DNA of 64,000 bases from Malacoraja senta (taxonomy: Eukaryota). Position 1 is the stretch's first letter; each line of letters starts with the position of its first letter. The stretch spans positions 4,838,001-4,902,000 of the forward strand of contig CM075992.1 in assembly GCA_038087875.1 (NCBI GenBank), in the 5' to 3' direction. Below, in pieces: positions 60,896 through 64,000 of the stretch. The notes under the pieces are model-generated. The model ran no database searches. It saw only the letters and a program-made list of their open reading frames with translations, and was not told the DNA's origin. The translations under genes and the position numbers were made by a program.

Positions 60896-62064
60896 CATGT
60901 TCGGCTTAAACACCAAGCATCCATTTATACTAATCCCACACTACTACCATTTCACGCTCCCCATATTTCCATCTATCACTATGATTCCACCTACACATTA
61001 AAAACAATTCAGTTTCATATATAACCCAACAACCTACACATTGTTTCCTCTGAACTAACTTCATTGCATACACTCCTTCTTAAATAAGGACACCAAAACT
61101 GCCGAATGTCTCTGCTTAAGTTTGTTCGTAGGAATATACTGATTCAGATGCTTCGTAGAGCTACAACTCTTTGACCTTCAGTCATTATCTTCCTATTCTG
61201 TGCAAATGTAAACCGGAAATGAACAAGCTTTTTGATCTTTGACATGACAGTGTGTCTTTGAAAGGGTTTTAACAACCAGGGATTGGCGTAAGATGCAGAG
61301 GAAGATCAGAGCAGTGCAAATAACGGGATTTTTGATGACGTAAAGAAAGGCAAAGGTGTTTAGATAGAGCAAACAAAGGCCAACTGCTTTGAAAGGTTAA
61401 TAAACAGTGGAAAGATAGGATGATTGGCAAAAGAACCAGAGGGGAGATACCCAGCTAAGACCATAAACTGAGTATCGCATCTAATTCTGGCCACACACTG
61501 TAGGAAGAAGATGAACAGACGGGACAGTGTGCAGAAGGAAATGGCTGTGGGGATAAGGTACATCCGTTGCAAGGTTAGAATGGAAAGGTGCTAGACTATC
61601 CAGTCACTCCTTATAACTAGGGTGGCACGGTGGCTCAGCGGTAGAGTTGCTGCCTTACAGCGCCAGAGGCCCAGGTTCGATCCTGACTACGGGTGCTGTC
61701 TGTACGGAGTTTGTACGTTGTCCCTGTGACCGTGTGGATTTCCTCCCACACTACAAAGACGCACACAGTAGCTCAACGTGTCAGGCAACATCTATGGAGG
61801 ATATTGATGGGTGACGTTTCGGGTTGGTACCATTCTTCAGAAAGTAAAGGTATGGGGAAAATGGACTACACTTTGACTGACAACTGCTTGAGGAACTCAA
61901 AGAATCAATGCAACATCTATGAAGGGAAATGGACAAGCTTACTTCAGATGTTGCCTGACCCATTGAGTTTCTCCGGCAGTTTTATTTTCTCTCAGCATCT
62001 ATAGTCTCTTGTGTCACTACTCTTTGAATTAGCCTACAATCAATAGGCTGCAAAGCATGTTTGG

Positions 62065-62368
62065 GTTAGTATAGAGATACAGTGTGGAAACAGGCCCTTC
62101 GGCCCACCGAATCTGCGTTGACCAGCGATCACCCTGTACATTGGCACTATCCTACACTCTGGGGGCAATTTACAATTTTACCAAGCCAATTAACCTACAT
62201 ACCTGCACGTCTTTGGATTGTGGGAAGAAACCAGAGCACCCATAGAAAACCCACACAGGTCACGGGGGAGAAGGTACAAACTCCGTACAGACAGCACCCG
62301 TAGTCAGGGTCGAACCCTGGCCTCTGGCGCTGTAAGGCAGCAACTCTACCGCTGTGCCATCGTGCCGC
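62065..62368 (-). mobile_element. V-SINE (HE1-like)
   Basis: Reverse complement of consensus; partial plus-strand copy at 61620-61760. Confidence 0.85.
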
Positions 62369-63136
62369 ACCAATCCTCTTCCATCATCTGTATCCCTCGT
62401 CTATGCTGTTCTGCTCTCTGATTCACTGTTTAGGACATTGAAATATTAGTTTCGTGAGTTCAAAGGCAAAAGTTCCTGGACCTGCTCCTCACATCTCCAC
62501 ACAAACCATCTGGACCAATACCAATGCAAACAAGTCCACCTCGAGTAGCTTGGCTTCCTGTTTACACTTGTAATCCTGTGCAAGGCTGCTGAACAATTGA
62601 GGGGTTTTCTTAGAGTTTCTTGGAACGGATAATGAATCTCCAGGGCACTAGTGTATAACCCCAAATGAAAATACAAAGCCATTTTAAACAAATTTATTTT
62701 GTTTTCTTTAAATTGGTTATAATAACATTGTGCCTGGTAAATGGATCATAACACCAGCAAGTGTTTATTATTCCACTGAACCACATTATTTTACCACTTC
62801 AAAGGAGGCCATTTGGCCCTTCAAGTCTTGCCAACTCGCAAGGCAACTTCTCACTAGTTTACCTGCAACCTATTCACCACTAGCTACAACCCCCCCCCCC
62901 CCCCCCCCCCCCACCCCACACACAAGATTCTAACGCTCATCAAGGGGCAGTTTACAGAGGCAAATTAACATACCAACCTGCTCATCTCAGGGAGGAAAGC
63001 AGGGCATATGGAGGAAACCCACACTGCGAACGTGAAAACTCCACATCCAAGGTCAGGCTTGAACCCAGGTTGCTGGATCAGTGAGGCAGCAGCTTAGCCA
63101 GCTATACCATTGAGGGCCCATAATAGAGACATAGAG

Positions 63137-63361
63137 CAAGGGTTCCCAGCCTGTGATAACTTTACCCCCAGGGGGTAAATCTCGCCTACCCAGGGGGTAA
63201 ATCTGTTGATTCTGGATTTGTACATATTTTTTCTCATTGACTGACTGTGTTTGGTTCTGGTATATCGGTATCTGTTCATAAATACTGTAAGTGGAATAAC
63301 ATTGTTATGTGCTATTAAAGTTGCCAGGGGCAAACGGGACGTAAAAGGTTGGGCATCCCTG
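63137..63361. mobile_element. hAT (Charlie-like) MITE
   Basis: Imperfect TIR CAAGGGTTCCCAGCCT / AGGTTGGGCATCCCTG; imperfect 8-bp TSD ACATAGAG/TCATGGAG; subterminal CCAGGGG repeats. Confidence 0.7.
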
Positions 63362-63419
63362 TCATGGAGTCATCCAGTGAGGAAACAGGCCATTTGGCCC
63401 TACTCATCCATGCCGACCG

Positions 63420-63760
63420 AGGCTTGGATAGATTGGATGTGAAGAGGATGTTTCCACTAGTGGGAGAGTCTAGACTTGAGGTCACAGCCTCAGAATAAAG
63501 GACGTTCCTTTAAGAAGGAGATGAGGAGGAATTACTTTAGTCAGAGGGTGCTGAATCTGTGGAACTCTTTGCAACAGAAGGCTGTGGAGGCCAAGTCAAT
63601 GGATATTTGTAAGACAGAGATAGATAGATTCTTGATTCGTACGGGTGTCAGGGTCCACGAGGAGAAGGCATGAGATTGGGGTTTGGAGGGAGAGATAGAT
63701 CAGCCATGATGGAATGGCGGAGTAGACTTGATGGGCCGAATGGTCTATTCTACCCCTATC
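63420..63760 (+). mobile_element. CR1 LINE 3' fragment
   Basis: GLDRLDVKRMFPLVGESR...QRVLNLWNSL and 3'UTR. Confidence 0.85.
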
Positions 63761-64000
63761 TGCTAGTTTCCGCTCCTGTCACTTATGACCTTAAGACAAG
63801 ATGCTCCGTGAGTCCCATTTGGCCCATATTCCTCTAAACTTTTCCTATTCATGTATATGTCCAAATGTTTTTAAAATGTTGTTGATGTGCCTGCCTCAAC
63901 TAGCTGCTCTGACAACCAATTCCATACAACCACCACCCTCTGAGTGACGAAGTTGCCCCTCGGGTTCTTATTAAATCTTTCCCCTCTCACCTTAAACCTA

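Overview
Repeat-dominated, non-coding eukaryotic DNA, most likely intronic or intergenic sequence from a cartilaginous fish (skate/ray-like). This is inferred from abundant HE1-type V-SINEs sharing tails with CR1 LINEs. No host protein-coding gene can be supported; nearly all ORF-track entries are retroelement fragments or chance ORFs. The window holds many CR1 and Rex1/Babar LINE 3' fragments, about 20 V-SINE copies, dozens of Penelope-like (PLE) pseudo-LTR units plus GIY-YIG fragments, PIF/Harbinger and hAT MITEs, one structurally complete DIRS1-type tyrosine-recombinase retrotransposon (19988-24862, minus strand) and a second DIRS-terminus-bearing remnant filled with repeated hairpins. The most notable signal is RNA structure. 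Two different short (~140-160 nt), TSD-flanked, non-coding retroposon families begin exactly at G1 of an HDV-like nested double-pseudoknot ribozyme: a canonical one at 38868-38955 (+) and a minimal 54-nt one at 6630-6683 (-), with a damaged second copy at 38685. The PLE pLTRs also carry a minimal hammerhead-like core. All folds were read by eye; activity and novelty are untested. Repeat boundaries without a TSD are approximate.
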